This document shows positions 1-10,258 of a stretch of DNA of 49,356 nucleotides, one piece after another (the stretch's first letter is position 1; each line of letters opens with the position of its first letter). Location: positions 1 to 49,356 of the forward strand of contig CANKVN010000005.1 of the NCBI GenBank assembly GCA_947487055.1, read 5' to 3'. This DNA comes from Flavobacteriales bacterium. GTDB lineage: Bacteria > Bacteroidota > Bacteroidia > NS11-12g > UBA955. Both the position numbers and the translations under genes were made by a program. The notes beneath the pieces were generated by a model. It was not told the DNA's origin and did no database searches. It saw only the letters and a program-made list of their open reading frames with translations.

Positions 1-1371
1 TTGCCGGATAGCCGCAAAATAACATTCCTCGATACTCCCGGTCACGAAGCATTTACCGCTATGCGTGCCCGTGGTGCCAAGGTAACCGATATTGCCATTA
101 TCGTGATTGCTGCAGACGACAGTGTGATGCCCCAAACAAAAGAGGCTATTGCTCACGCCCAGGCTGCAGGAGTTCCGATGATTTTTGCTTTCAATAAGAT
201 TGACAAAGACGGCGCCAATTCTGACAGAATCAGGGAACAGCTTGCCGGAATGAACATTCTCGTGGAAGACTGGGGTGGAAAATTCCAGTGCCAGGAAATT
301 TCAGCCAAAAAAGGCCTGAACATAGACAAACTGCTTGAAAAGGTATTGCTTGAAGCGGAAATCATGGACCTGACCGCCAATCCTGACCGCCGTGCCAAAG
401 GCACTGTCATTGAAGCTACGATGGAAAAAGGCCGTGGTATTGTTTGTAGCATGCTCGTACAAACAGGAACCATGCGTGTAGGCGATCACGTAGTTGCAGG
501 GCCCCATTATGCCAAGGTGCGTGCGTTGTTCAACGAGCGTGGCCACAAAATTGATTTTGCGCCTCCAAGCACACCGGTTAAAATGCTTGGATTTAGCGAC
601 AACCCCACTGCAGGTGATGTATGGGTGGTTATGGCCGAAGAAAGTGAAGCAAAAGAACTGGCCACCAAAAGGATGCAACTGGTGCGCGAACAAGGTATCA
701 GAACCAAACGCCACATTACGCTGGACGAAATTGGAAGGCGTTTGGCCATAGGAAACTTCAAAGAACTCAAAATCATTGTTAAAGGTGATGTTGATGGTTC
801 TGTGGAAGCATTGGCTGACGCCTTGCTGAAACTGAGCACCGAAGAAGTTATGGTAACCGTTATACACAGCGGTGTGGGCCAGATTTCTGAAAGTGATGTG
901 CTGCTGGCTTCAGCCTCCGATGCCATTATTGTAGGATTCCAGGTGCGCCCAAGTACCAAAGCAAGGCAACTGGCCGAGCAGGAAGAAATCGATATACGCC
1001 ACTACTCTGTAATTTACCAAGCCATTGAAGAGGTTAAAAGCGCCATGGAAGGCATGCTTAGCCCTGAGGTGGTGGAAAAAATCATTGGTAATGTGGAAGT
1101 TCGCGAAGTATTCAAAATCAGCAAAGTGGGCACCATTGCCGGCTGTATGGTTACCGATGGCAAAATGGAGCGGAAAAACAAAATCCGTGTTATCCGTGAT
1201 GGCGTAGTAATTCATAGCGGCGAATTGTCCTCTCTGAAACGATACAAAGACGATGTGAAGGAAGTACTGCGCGGATTTGAATGTGGCTTACAGATTGAGC
1301 GCTTCAACGACATTGAGGTAGGCGATTACCTGGAAGTATACATAGAAGAACAGGTTAAGAGAACCTTGTAA
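1..1371 (+). CDS. infB: Translation initiation factor IF-2 (5'-truncated by window edge)
   Basis: [24 protein letters not shown] and ISAK G-domain motifs; C-terminal [17 protein letters not shown]. Confidence 0.98.
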   Translation: MPDSRKITFLDTPGHEAFTAMRARGAKVTDIAIIVIAADDSVMPQTKEAIAHAQAAGVPMIFAFNKIDKDGANSDRIREQLAGMNILVEDWGGKFQCQEISAKKGLNIDKLLEKVLLEAEIMDLTANPDRRAKGTVIEATMEKGRGIVCSMLVQTGTMRVGDHVVAGPHYAKVRALFNERGHKIDFAPPSTPVKMLGFSDNPTAGDVWVVMAEESEAKELATKRMQLVREQGIRTKRHITLDEIGRRLAIGNFKELKIIVKGDVDGSVEALADALLKLSTEEVMVTVIHSGVGQISESDVLLASASDAIIVGFQVRPSTKARQLAEQEEIDIRHYSVIYQAIEEVKSAMEGMLSPEVVEKIIGNVEVREVFKISKVGTIAGCMVTDGKMERKNKIRVIRDGVVIHSGELSSLKRYKDDVKEVLRGFECGLQIERFNDIEVGDYLEVYIEEQVKRTL

Positions 1372-1380
1372 TACCTATTA

Positions 1381-1902
1381 ATGATCAGATCTGCTGCAAT
1401 ATTTTTGGGCATCCTGGTTCTACTATTTACAGCATGTGAGTGCCCCGCTACACGTAGAATGGGATTTGTACAGGATGTCCGAAGGGACTACTTTGCAGAC
1501 TCCATTGCCAGTGTTGCAGACCGAATGATTCAATTCACGTTTGTGGTAGATGAAGGCTGGATCGACGATAACCGGCAAAAAAACAACTGCTTAAAGCGGG
1601 ACCTCGCCCTGAGTAAAGGTTTAAAAACATGGGTAATGGCCGATAGCGTTAAGGTTATCTGCACCCGCAACTTGCCCTACTCTCCGGCCGGCACCAACCT
1701 CATTGGCAATCCTTATGTTGATTTGGTTTTGATTAATGATCCTGCATACACGGGCAAACTGAGAACTTTGTCATTTCAATCCAACTGGACTGTCCCTAAC
1801 TGGAAAAGCAGCATGCCGGATACTGCCACGTTGAGGTTTCTGTTTAAACTCAACACCGGTGCTGTAATTACGAGGGAACAGCACATTGAATTTATCCAAT
1901 AA
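1381..1902 (+). CDS. Hypothetical lipoprotein
   Basis: 173-aa ORF 9 bp after infB; hydrophobic N-terminus with lipobox LLFTAC; no recognised family. Confidence 0.7.
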   Translation: MIRSAAIFLGILVLLFTACECPATRRMGFVQDVRRDYFADSIASVADRMIQFTFVVDEGWIDDNRQKNNCLKRDLALSKGLKTWVMADSVKVICTRNLPYSPAGTNLIGNPYVDLVLINDPAYTGKLRTLSFQSNWTVPNWKSSMPDTATLRFLFKLNTGAVITREQHIEFIQ

Positions 1903-1925
1903 AAAAAGGCCGCTTTGGGCGGCCT
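1901..1925 (-). terminator. Intrinsic terminator for the DUF2795 gene
   Basis: AGGCCGC-tttgg-GCGGCCT hairpin (1907-1925) with A7 tract at 1901-1907 (U-tract on minus strand), between convergent genes. Confidence 0.8.
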
Positions 1926-1948
1926 GTGTGATGCGGGTTGTAAAGCTT

Positions 1949-2170
1949 TTATAATTCGTCCTCGTTGAAGAAATAATCTTCATCGGTTGGATAATCGCTC
2001 CAGATTTCTTCAATGCTTTCATAAGGCTCACCATCATCCTCCAGTTCCTGAAGGTTTTCGATTACCTCTAGGGGTGCGCCGGAACGAATGCCGTAATCTA
2101 TTAGCTCGTCTTTGGTTGCGGGCCATGGAGCGTCGTCTAGGTAGCTTACAAGTTCAAGTGTCCAGTACAT
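1949..2170 (-). CDS. DUF2795-family small acidic protein
   Basis: MYWTLELVSYLDDAPWPATKDELIDY...YPT.EDYFFNEDE matches the highly conserved Bacteroidota 73-aa protein. Confidence 0.9.
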   Translation of the reverse strand: MYWTLELVSYLDDAPWPATKDELIDYGIRSGAPLEVIENLQELEDDGEPYESIEEIWSDYPTDEDYFFNEDEL

Positions 2171-2341
2171 AATTTTATTAATTCTATCTTATCGCGAAAG
2201 TACAATTTTTATTGAATTATCCAAATTAATACTTTTTTTCCTTAATTTTTTGGAATAAAAAGGTTGAATAAATCATATTTTACTGAAAATGTATACAATA
2301 GAAAAATAAAAACCATCAAAGGTTTAGCCGAAATTTGCGCC

Positions 2342-2995
2342 ATGCACCCCGATTGGCAGAATGATTTGCATCAATATTGCGAGGCACAAAGTAGCAAAGA
2401 GCCTGAATTGTTACAAAAACTCGTGGCCTACACCTGGCGTAATACAGTGAACCCGCGGATGCTGAGCGGCCACCTGCAAGGGCGCCTGCTTTCCATGCTG
2501 TCTGCTTTAATGAAACCACAATGCATCCTGGAAATCGGCACCTTTACCGGGTACTCTGCATTGTGCCTTGCAGAAGGCTTGCCTGCCAATGGTAAACTGC
2601 ACAGCATTGAGGCAGATGCGGAAAATGCCTGGAAAGCACAACAGTGGATTGATCAGCACCCTAGGAAACCGGATATTCAGCTGCACTGCGGCGAAGCACT
2701 TACCCTCATCCCTACCCTCAATATTCATCCTGATCTGGTCTTTGTGGATGCAGACAAACAACAATATCAGGCCTATTTTGAAAGCTGTTTTCCCATCATG
2801 GCTGAAGGCGGATTGATGGTGTTTGACAATACCTTATGGAGCGGCCGTGTGCTAAATGAGGAAGACCTGAAATCCGATGCCGACACCCGCAACATGCATG
2901 CATTTAACCAATACCTGGCTGCAACCGAAGAAGCAGAGGTATTGATGTTGCCTATCAGGGATGGGCTTACCCTGTTGCGCAAGCGGAATTCTTAA
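2342..2995 (+). CDS. SAM-dependent O-methyltransferase (caffeoyl-CoA OMT-like, Methyltransf_3)
   Basis: MLSGHLQGRLL, ILEIGTFTGYSALC, VFVDADK, DNTLWSG, PIRDGL; start moved from 2264 to ATG 2342 because the upstream extension is AT-rich intergenic DNA. Confidence 0.92.
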   Translation: MHPDWQNDLHQYCEAQSSKEPELLQKLVAYTWRNTVNPRMLSGHLQGRLLSMLSALMKPQCILEIGTFTGYSALCLAEGLPANGKLHSIEADAENAWKAQQWIDQHPRKPDIQLHCGEALTLIPTLNIHPDLVFVDADKQQYQAYFESCFPIMAEGGLMVFDNTLWSGRVLNEEDLKSDADTRNMHAFNQYLAATEEAEVLMLPIRDGLTLLRKRNS

Positions 2996-3441
2996 CCCCT
3001 TAGTTTATCCAGCAAATCACTGAGCAAATTGGCTTCGGACTCGCTGATATTCACCAATTCCTTTTCCAGCTTGTCCAGCTCAGGTGCTGCCTGCTCAAGC
3101 GTATCCAAGCCTTTCTGGGTGATGGTAATGTTCATTTTACGGCGGTTATCCTTGTCAACCGTTCTTGTAATTAATCCCAGGTTGCACATGCGGTCGCACA
3201 AACGTGTCAAATCCGGATTTTTATCCAGCATAACTTCCTTGATTTCGCCGGGATTGGCACTTTTGGGATATTTTCCCCGCAGGATGCGCAATACATTGTA
3301 TTGCTGCAGGGTGAGGTCATAGGTTTTGAAGATGTTGCGGAACTGGCTGTTAATCCAGTTTGCCGTGAAGATGACATTTATCACCGCCTTTTGCCCCCCA
3401 GATTCAAACCGGGTTTGCTTGATTTCATCTTCCAATTTCAT
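2992..3441 (-). CDS. MarR-family transcriptional regulator
   Basis: LTLQQYNVLRILRG, DLTRLCDRM, DNRR..ITITQKG winged-HTH pattern. Confidence 0.93.
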   Translation of the reverse strand: MKLEDEIKQTRFESGGQKAVINVIFTANWINSQFRNIFKTYDLTLQQYNVLRILRGKYPKSANPGEIKEVMLDKNPDLTRLCDRMCNLGLITRTVDKDNRRKMNITITQKGLDTLEQAAPELDKLEKELVNISESEANLLSDLLDKLRG

Positions 3442-3507
3442 ATTCGTTGCGAGTTTAATGCATTTCCCCCGTTTGTCAAGCAGTTAATCCACCTTAAATT
3501 TGCCGCA

Positions 3508-4812
3508 ATGGTTTTTCAAAACACCCGCACTTTTGCCATGGAACAAGATGCTGCCGATAATCTTGCTCCTTTCAGAAATGAATTTTTCTTTCCCACGGAT
3601 CAACAGCAACACCCAATGGTATATTTCTGCGGAAACTCCCTTGGTTTGCAGCCGAAAAGTGCACAGGCCTTCTTGCAATCAGAGTTGGAAGACTGGCATA
3701 AATGGGGTGTTGAGGGCCATTTTCATGGCAAAAAACCCTGGTTTCATTACCACAAGTTCCTTACCGACCATACTGCAGAAATAGTGGGTGCCAAGCCCCA
3801 CGAAGTGGTGGTGATGAACCAACTCACCGTAAACCTGCACCTGCTTATGGCCAGTTTCTACAGGCCGGATGAAGAACGCTTTAAAATCATCATGGAAGCC
3901 GGCGCATTCCCCAGCGACATGTATGCCGTTCAAAGCCAGGTAGAGTTTCACGGTTTTGATTATGACGAAGCGGTCATTGAACTGGCGCCAAGGGAAGGTG
4001 AATTTGCACTTAGAACAGAAGATATTCTTGCGGCTATAGAAGAACATGCAGACAACCTTGCCCTGGTGTTTTTTAGCGGTGTACAATATTATACCGGACA
4101 GGTGTTTGATATACCTGCAATCACCCAGGCAGCCCACAAAATTGGTGTGCCCGCAGGATTTGATTTGGCGCATGCTGCAGGCAACATAGACCTTAAACTT
4201 CACGAATGGAACGTGGATTTTGCAGCATGGTGCAGCTACAAATACCTCAACAGCGGACCGGGAAATGTATCGGGTGTGTTTATCCATGAACGCCATGCAT
4301 TAAACCCAGAAACACCAAGACTTGCAGGCTGGTGGGGCTACAAGGAAGACAAACGCTTTTTGATGCAGCGCGGCTACGAACCGGAACCGGGTGCTGCAGG
4401 GTGGCAACTTTCCAATGCCCCTGTATTTGGAATGGCCGTGCATGCCGCAAGCCTTGATTTGTTTCACAAGGCAGGCATCCAAAACCTGGTGGCAAAAAGC
4501 AAAAACCTTACCGGCTACCTTGATTTTATCTTAAAAGAATCCCGCAACCACAACAGCGACCTTCGATTTAATATCATTACCCCGGACGCAGCGCGTGGGT
4601 CACAAATCAGTATCCTCACCGATGAGCACGGCAAGCAATTGTTTGATCACCTTACTAAAAATGGCATCGTGGTGGACTGGCGTGAACCGAATGTGATAAG
4701 AATGGCCCCTGCAGCAATGTATAACAGCTTTGAGGATGTATGGAAACTTGGGCAGGCGCTTGCTGGGTTCAGGATTATTTCATCCGAAAGTGCTTCTTCC
4801 ACAACTGCCTGA
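3508..4812 (+). CDS. kynU: Kynureninase (PLP-dependent)
   Basis: YFCGNSLGLQP, MNQLTVNLHL, FPSD.Y, DLAHAAGN and PLP-lysine motif WCSYKYLNSGP; start set at ATG 3508 because the longer ORF overlaps marR. Confidence 0.96.
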   Translation: MVFQNTRTFAMEQDAADNLAPFRNEFFFPTDQQQHPMVYFCGNSLGLQPKSAQAFLQSELEDWHKWGVEGHFHGKKPWFHYHKFLTDHTAEIVGAKPHEVVVMNQLTVNLHLLMASFYRPDEERFKIIMEAGAFPSDMYAVQSQVEFHGFDYDEAVIELAPREGEFALRTEDILAAIEEHADNLALVFFSGVQYYTGQVFDIPAITQAAHKIGVPAGFDLAHAAGNIDLKLHEWNVDFAAWCSYKYLNSGPGNVSGVFIHERHALNPETPRLAGWWGYKEDKRFLMQRGYEPEPGAAGWQLSNAPVFGMAVHAASLDLFHKAGIQNLVAKSKNLTGYLDFILKESRNHNSDLRFNIITPDAARGSQISILTDEHGKQLFDHLTKNGIVVDWREPNVIRMAPAAMYNSFEDVWKLGQALAGFRIISSESASSTTA

Positions 4813-5662
4813 CCATGCCATCTTTAAGCCCGAGATTAGGGGCGTAGATTTCATGTATATGGCATTGTTCCATAATGCGTATGTAGATATCTCCGGCGTG
4901 GTTAATCACCTCTGCCCTGTCCGGATTCAGTTTTAACTCGTACACCCGATCGTGATGGCTTAACGATTCAATATAGGCATTGGTGCTTTTTAGGTGGTGC
5001 AGGTTCATGGCCTCCCGCAGCTGAGTTCCGGCAAGCTGATGCAGTTTCACAATATTACCACCGGTTCCTATAGCCTTAACAGACCCATCAGAAGGCAGGT
5101 TCAGCTGAGAAAGCCAGGTTTTCATACGCTGTATTTCTGCAGCCTTTACCTTCCCTTCGCGCATGCGAACGGTGCCGATGTTAAAACTCTCAAAAAGCTT
5201 AATCTTACCCTGCCTGGTGAGGCTAATCTCGGTAGAACCGCCACCCACATCGATGTGCAGAAATGTACTTTTGCCCGGAAGCCAGTCCATGATTGCAGAC
5301 TGAACCAGGCGACTCTCTTCCTTGCCGGTGATGATGTCTATTTTAAGTCCTGTTGTTTTGCGGATATCCCTTGCCAGTTTTTCGCCATTTTCAGCGTCTC
5401 TCATGGCGCTGGTGGCACAAACCCGGTATTGGTCCACATTGTATATCTCCATCAGCAAAGCAAAGGCTTGCATGGCTTTTAACAACAAATCGTATTTCCG
5501 TTTGCTGATTTCTTTGGTTTTAAAAACATCGTCGCCCAAACGCAATGGCAAGCGGGTGAACTCAACCGACTTAAAATCAGTATCAATCAAATCCTCATGC
5601 AATGGCCTGGCGATGTAAAGCCTGATGGCGTTGGATCCAATATCTATGGCAGCTATTTTCAA
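4775..5662 (-). CDS. ppx: Ppx/GppA-family exopolyphosphatase (short form, TTG start)
   Basis: AAIDIGSNAIRL, ATSAMRDAEN, IDVGGGSTE, IGTGGN, GLKDG. Confidence 0.92.
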   Translation of the reverse strand: MKIAAIDIGSNAIRLYIARPLHEDLIDTDFKSVEFTRLPLRLGDDVFKTKEISKRKYDLLLKAMQAFALLMEIYNVDQYRVCATSAMRDAENGEKLARDIRKTTGLKIDIITGKEESRLVQSAIMDWLPGKSTFLHIDVGGGSTEISLTRQGKIKLFESFNIGTVRMREGKVKAAEIQRMKTWLSQLNLPSDGSVKAIGTGGNIVKLHQLAGTQLREAMNLHHLKSTNAYIESLSHHDRVYELKLNPDRAEVINHAGDIYIRIMEQCHIHEIYAPNLGLKDGMVRQLWKKHFRMK

Positions 5663-5793
5663 CGGGGCAAATTAACAACATCTGCCAAATGCTTTTTTAC
5701 CATGTTGCCCACAAAATATCTAATAATGCAATAAAGAAATCTTAAAGAAAAATTAAACGCTTTTTGGGTGATTTGTTATTTTTTAGAATAGAA

Positions 5794-5809
5794 AGTGTAC
5801 ATTTGACAC
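5794..5809. promoter_or_regulatory. Putative NrtR-family operator 1, overlapping the susC -7 promoter element
   Basis: AGTGT-ACATTTG-ACAC; contains TACATTTG (5798-5805), a TAnnTTTG match; same motif recurs at three other promoters of the locus. Confidence 0.8.
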
Positions 5810-5828
5810 ACCGAGTTATTCTTCATTT

Positions 5829-8800
5829 ATGAAAAAACAGTTACAACTCTTGTTCATGCTGTTGGCTGCCAGCATTGCTCCTGCCGCAGCGCAAACAGTA
5901 AACCTCATCGGTAAGCTTAAATCGCAAAAAGGCGATCCCGTGGAGGCTGCAACCATTAAAGACCGAACGTCAGGCACAGCTGCCACGTCCGACAAGGATG
6001 GCAATTACAGGATTTCGCTTACCGTTGGCGCTCATGTTCTGGAAATTTCTGCCAAAAACATGCAGAACCTGGAAGAGTCCATCCAAGTGGCTGAGGGTCA
6101 AACAAGTTTGCCTGAAATAACCTTAATTCCATCAGGCTCAGACGTAGGCGAAGTGGTTATTATTGGTTATGGCACCACAACCAAGCGCGACCTTACCGGG
6201 TCAGTAACCTCTCTCAAAGGCTCAGAGGTTCAGGACATGCCGGCGCAAAGTTTCGAAGCTGCAATTCAGGGAAAGGCTCCCGGAGTTCAGATTACAACCG
6301 GCAGCGGCGTTGCGGGTTCCGGCTCTTTGGTCAGGATTCGCGGTGTTGCTTCCATATCTGCAAGCGGCGATCCGCTGTATATTGTGGATGGCATTCCTAT
6401 TTCCCAAAACTATTTTGTGAATGGCAACAACGGCGGTTTCAACAACAACCCATTAGCCACCTTAAATCCGGAGGACATAGAATCTATAGACATCCTAAAG
6501 GATGCTGCAGCCACCTCCATTTACGGTTCCAGGGGCTCTAATGGTGTTATATTGATTACCACCAAACGCGCAAAGAAGGGTGGATTAAAATTTGATTTCA
6601 CATCGCGTGTTGGCTCATCGCAGCCTACCTACCTGCCTCAGATGCTCAATGCAAGCCAATTCCTGCAAATGTATCAGGAAGCATGGGAAAACGATGGCGG
6701 AACCGGCAGAGCACCACTCCCAAACAATATTTCGTGGGAAGATGCCTTAAAAACGAATACCAACTGGGTAGACGAAACCATGGGAACAGGACTGAAGCAA
6801 ATGTATTCTTTGGGAACCACCTACCGTAAAAATAAATTTGGGGCCTACCTGGGCCTGACTTCAGACAACAATGGAAGTTTTGTAATAGGTAGCCGCTACA
6901 AGCGAAATTCTGCGCGGTTGAACCTCGATTTCGAACCCATCAAAAACCTCACTTTGACCATAAGTTCTTCATACAGCCAAGGAATAAACAACCGGGTAGA
7001 CGGAGCCTGGAGCGGTGGTTTTGGAGCGGCGATGAGCACTGCTTTGCCCATTTACCCGATCTACGACACCAGCGGTAACTTCTGGCGTCCGGGCAGTGGA
7101 GGTTTGAATCCTGTTGCTGTGAGAAAATTGAAAGACTGGAGAACCACAGAAAACAGAACCATCAACAATTTTAAAGCAACCTACAAAATATCTGACAAAT
7201 GGTCCGTATCAGCCTTTGGGGCTATCGACAACATGGATTTCTTTGAAGATATTTATGAGCCCAAAGCCCTTATCAACAGCAATCACGAAGGTATAGCCAA
7301 GCGCTCGCCCAGAAGTACATTTAACTATAACTACAACTTAGTAACGAACTACAACATCCTGAATACTGAAAAGCAATCGCTGGATGCCATGGTTGGAAGT
7401 GAGTTTCAGAAATCGGTTGTAAAATCCAGCTTCATAGAGGTGAGCGACATGAGTAATGCATTGTACAAAGGTGACCAGGGCGGAGAAAAATCAACCCGCT
7501 TTGAGCGCCAGAACGCCACTGAAGCATTCGCCTTTGCAAGTTATTTTCTTCGGATGAATTACAAATTGCAAAATAAGTACATCCTGCAGTTTACCATGCG
7601 TTCCGATGGTTCTTCCAGATTCGGACCAAACAATGCCTACGGCTTCTTCCCTGCCATTTCCGGAGCCTGGGTGCTGAGCGATGAACGTTTTATGCATCAT
7701 TTCAGCCGCAACAACTTCCTGAAAATAAAAGCAGGTTTTGGCCGCACCGGCAATACTCCAAACGAGAATTACGCCTGGCGCGGAACTTTTACCCCGCCCC
7801 AAAACTCTTTTGGATATAATGGCAATCCCAGCATATTCCCTACCCGTCTGGAAAATCCTGACCTGAAATGGGAAACTTCCGACGTATTTGACTTTACTGT
7901 TGAAGGCGGCCTGATGAAAAACCGCATCACCTGGGAGGTTTCGTACTACAACAAGAAAACCAATGGTGTAATCCTGGACCTTGCTGTTCCACGTTCACTG
8001 GGCTTTTCGTCCTATTACGATAATGTAGGCGCTGTAAGCAATACAGGCATTGAATTCTCCTTTACTTCCAGAAACATTGTGAAGAAACTGTTTAGCTGGA
8101 GCACCCAGTTCAACATTGCCCGCAACTATAACAAAATCCTAAATATTGGTGTTTACACACAGGATGCCGTTTCCGGCGGAACCAACGATACACGTGTGGT
8201 GGTTGGACAACCTATCGGAACCAATTATGTGGTTAAATTTTCCCATGTAGATCCGGCTACCGGTCGTCCGGTTTATTTGGATAAAAATGGAAATGAAACC
8301 ATGACTTGGTCGAACAATAACCGCGTGGCCGTGGGCAGTGTTTTACCCAAGGCTGTTGGGGGGTTAACCAACAATTTCACCTGGAAAAACTGGAACCTGA
8401 GCTGTCTGTTTGTTTACAAACTGGGAGGAAACATTTACAACTCCAGTGCAAAACGCCAGAATGGTGTGGTTACAGACTGGAACATGACCACCGATTATTT
8501 TGATCATTGGCGCCAGCCCGGAGATATTTCCAAATATCCAAAACTGTCTATGCAGACAGATCAGTATGGATTACCACCGGATCCTTACCAATACAACACC
8601 ACTTTATTTTTGGAAGACGGCAGCTACCTGCGCTTGCGTAATATTTCCGTGGGATACCGCATCCCTGCGAAGTGGTTTGGCAAGACAATTCAATCCAGCC
8701 GCATCACCTTCACCGGCACCAACCTGCTCACCTTCACCAAATACACTGGCGGTGACCCTGAAATTGCCCGTGATTTTGAAAACCCCGCAGACAGAAACAT

Positions 8801-8873
8801 GAGCTCAAACATTACGTATCTGACTGCACCCCAAGAGAAGTCTTACAACTTAACCCTAAACCTTACCTTCTGA
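5829..8873 (+). CDS. susC: SusC/RagA-family TonB-dependent transporter
   Basis: Signal peptide; EVVIIGYGT, DPLYIVDGIP, DIESIDILKDAAATSIYGSRGSNGVILITTK, DGSSRFG, NPDLKWET; terminal Phe. Confidence 0.97.
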   Translation: MKKQLQLLFMLLAASIAPAAAQTVNLIGKLKSQKGDPVEAATIKDRTSGTAATSDKDGNYRISLTVGAHVLEISAKNMQNLEESIQVAEGQTSLPEITLIPSGSDVGEVVIIGYGTTTKRDLTGSVTSLKGSEVQDMPAQSFEAAIQGKAPGVQITTGSGVAGSGSLVRIRGVASISASGDPLYIVDGIPISQNYFVNGNNGGFNNNPLATLNPEDIESIDILKDAAATSIYGSRGSNGVILITTKRAKKGGLKFDFTSRVGSSQPTYLPQMLNASQFLQMYQEAWENDGGTGRAPLPNNISWEDALKTNTNWVDETMGTGLKQMYSLGTTYRKNKFGAYLGLTSDNNGSFVIGSRYKRNSARLNLDFEPIKNLTLTISSSYSQGINNRVDGAWSGGFGAAMSTALPIYPIYDTSGNFWRPGSGGLNPVAVRKLKDWRTTENRTINNFKATYKISDKWSVSAFGAIDNMDFFEDIYEPKALINSNHEGIAKRSPRSTFNYNYNLVTNYNILNTEKQSLDAMVGSEFQKSVVKSSFIEVSDMSNALYKGDQGGEKSTRFERQNATEAFAFASYFLRMNYKLQNKYILQFTMRSDGSSRFGPNNAYGFFPAISGAWVLSDERFMHHFSRNNFLKIKAGFGRTGNTPNENYAWRGTFTPPQNSFGYNGNPSIFPTRLENPDLKWETSDVFDFTVEGGLMKNRITWEVSYYNKKTNGVILDLAVPRSLGFSSYYDNVGAVSNTGIEFSFTSRNIVKKLFSWSTQFNIARNYNKILNIGVYTQDAVSGGTNDTRVVVGQPIGTNYVVKFSHVDPATGRPVYLDKNGNETMTWSNNNRVAVGSVLPKAVGGLTNNFTWKNWNLSCLFVYKLGGNIYNSSAKRQNGVVTDWNMTTDYFDHWRQPGDISKYPKLSMQTDQYGLPPDPYQYNTTLFLEDGSYLRLRNISVGYRIPAKWFGKTIQSSRITFTGTNLLTFTKYTGGDPEIARDFENPADRNMSSNITYLTAPQEKSYNLTLNLTF

Positions 8874-10258
8874 TGAATACATTCTTTAAAGCCCATATCA
8901 TTGCCGCTGTTCTGCTGATTGGATCAGCAGGCGTATCCTGCAAAAAAATGTTGGATTTGAAGCCTGAAAACCTAACCCTGGCTGCAGACGCATTAAAGAC
9001 GACCGCTGATGCACAAGCATTGCTAAACTCTTGCTACGATGAGTTTGCCAACCTGATGAATGGTTCTGTTCAAAACATACATGAACTGTTGGGTGAAAAT
9101 CTGGCTCAACCTCAGAATTCAGCAGGAAGTTTGTACTACACTGTCTGGAACAGGGGTACCTTTTCATTCCGCACTGCAGACCGCGAATATCTTGATTTTT
9201 ACAATTGTATTCTGCGCATCAATACCATATTTGACCGCATAGACGAAATTGGCGATATGACGCCGGAGAACAAACAGCGCATTATGGCTGAAGGCCACTT
9301 CCTGCGTGCCTGGTGCCATTGGGAATTGGTGAAATTGTGGGCTCAACCCTATGGTTATACCGCAGATAACTCCCATCCCGGGGTGCCGATTCGCTTGAAA
9401 GCAGATAAGACAATTGAACTGCGCAGTAGTGTTGGAGCAGTTTACAACCAAATCATTGCTGACCTAGATGCAGCCATAAGCAATTTACCGGCCGACAACA
9501 ACAACTATGCAAATATTGCCGCGGGCAAAGCCCTGAAAGCCAAGGTAATGTTTACCATGAATGATTTTACCGGTGCGCAAACACTGGCCGAAGAGGTTAT
9601 CAATGGCGGCAAACAAACCGTTTCAGATACATTCTCGAGGTTTGTGAAGGGTGCACCCGAGGAGGTTATTTTCCAGCTTGTAAGTACAGGCAACAGCGAC
9701 AACCGCGGGGGCAGCTTTATCAACAATTACCGGTCAGACAACAACCCCAATCCGGCATTGAAACCTACTGCAGCATTTGCTGCTGTTGCCATGCAGGGTC
9801 ATGACCTTCGCAGCGCATTCTACGAGGTTAAAAACAAGGGCAAAGCAAATGAATTTTATATCTGTCATAAATTTGACAAAGATGTGTTCAATGTTCCGTT
9901 ACTTCACCTCACCGATATGCTGTTGTTAAGGGCTGAATGTATTACTGAAAACGGGGGCGATAAAAGCATTGCCATTGCCGATGTAGACAAAATCCGCAAA
10001 CGCGCCTATGGCGCCAATTGGACCGCCATTGACCCGGCCATTGCTACCGGCGCCCTTAAGGATTCTATTCGCCTGCAACGAAATCTGGAAATGTCTTTTG
10101 AGGGAGACTGGACCACACAATTGAGAAGGCGCGGTGCCAAAGGCGAAAATATCAAAATAAGAATCAGTGACTGGAACTGCCCCGGAATGCTGATGCAATT
10201 TCCACAAAGTGAAAATACGGCAGGCTTTATTTTTAATCCAGAAGGAGGATGCAACTAA
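8873..10258 (+). CDS. susD: SusD/RagB-family glycan-binding lipoprotein
   Basis: Lipobox GVSC; AEGHFLRAWCHWELVK.W, VYNQIIADL..A, R..EMSFEG; TGATG overlap with susC. Confidence 0.95.
   Translation: MNTFFKAHIIAAVLLIGSAGVSCKKMLDLKPENLTLAADALKTTADAQALLNSCYDEFANLMNGSVQNIHELLGENLAQPQNSAGSLYYTVWNRGTFSFRTADREYLDFYNCILRINTIFDRIDEIGDMTPENKQRIMAEGHFLRAWCHWELVKLWAQPYGYTADNSHPGVPIRLKADKTIELRSSVGAVYNQIIADLDAAISNLPADNNNYANIAAGKALKAKVMFTMNDFTGAQTLAEEVINGGKQTVSDTFSRFVKGAPEEVIFQLVSTGNSDNRGGSFINNYRSDNNPNPALKPTAAFAAVAMQGHDLRSAFYEVKNKGKANEFYICHKFDKDVFNVPLLHLTDMLLLRAECITENGGDKSIAIADVDKIRKRAYGANWTAIDPAIATGALKDSIRLQRNLEMSFEGDWTTQLRRRGAKGENIKIRISDWNCPGMLMQFPQSENTAGFIFNPEGGCN

Noticed and set aside
2171-2320. Very AT-rich stretch as a possible replication origin
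   Set aside because: Short divergent promoter region with a TACTTTCG -7-like element; no DnaA-box cluster seen
2264-2341. Long N-terminal extensions in the ORF track (also 3301, 24931 and 41638)
   Set aside because: They run through promoters, terminators or an opposite-strand gene; downstream ATGs give proper signal peptides or family-like N-termini
3442-4812. Idea that the NrtR regulator controls kynU (kynurenine route to NAD), as classical NrtRs control NAD genes
   Set aside because: No GTGT-N7-ACAC site in the marR-kynU spacer; all four sites are at carbohydrate genes
4775-5662. Ppx/GppA lacking the C-terminal HD domain as a possible pseudogene
   Set aside because: Short ~300-aa forms are normal in this phylum and the catalytic motifs are intact
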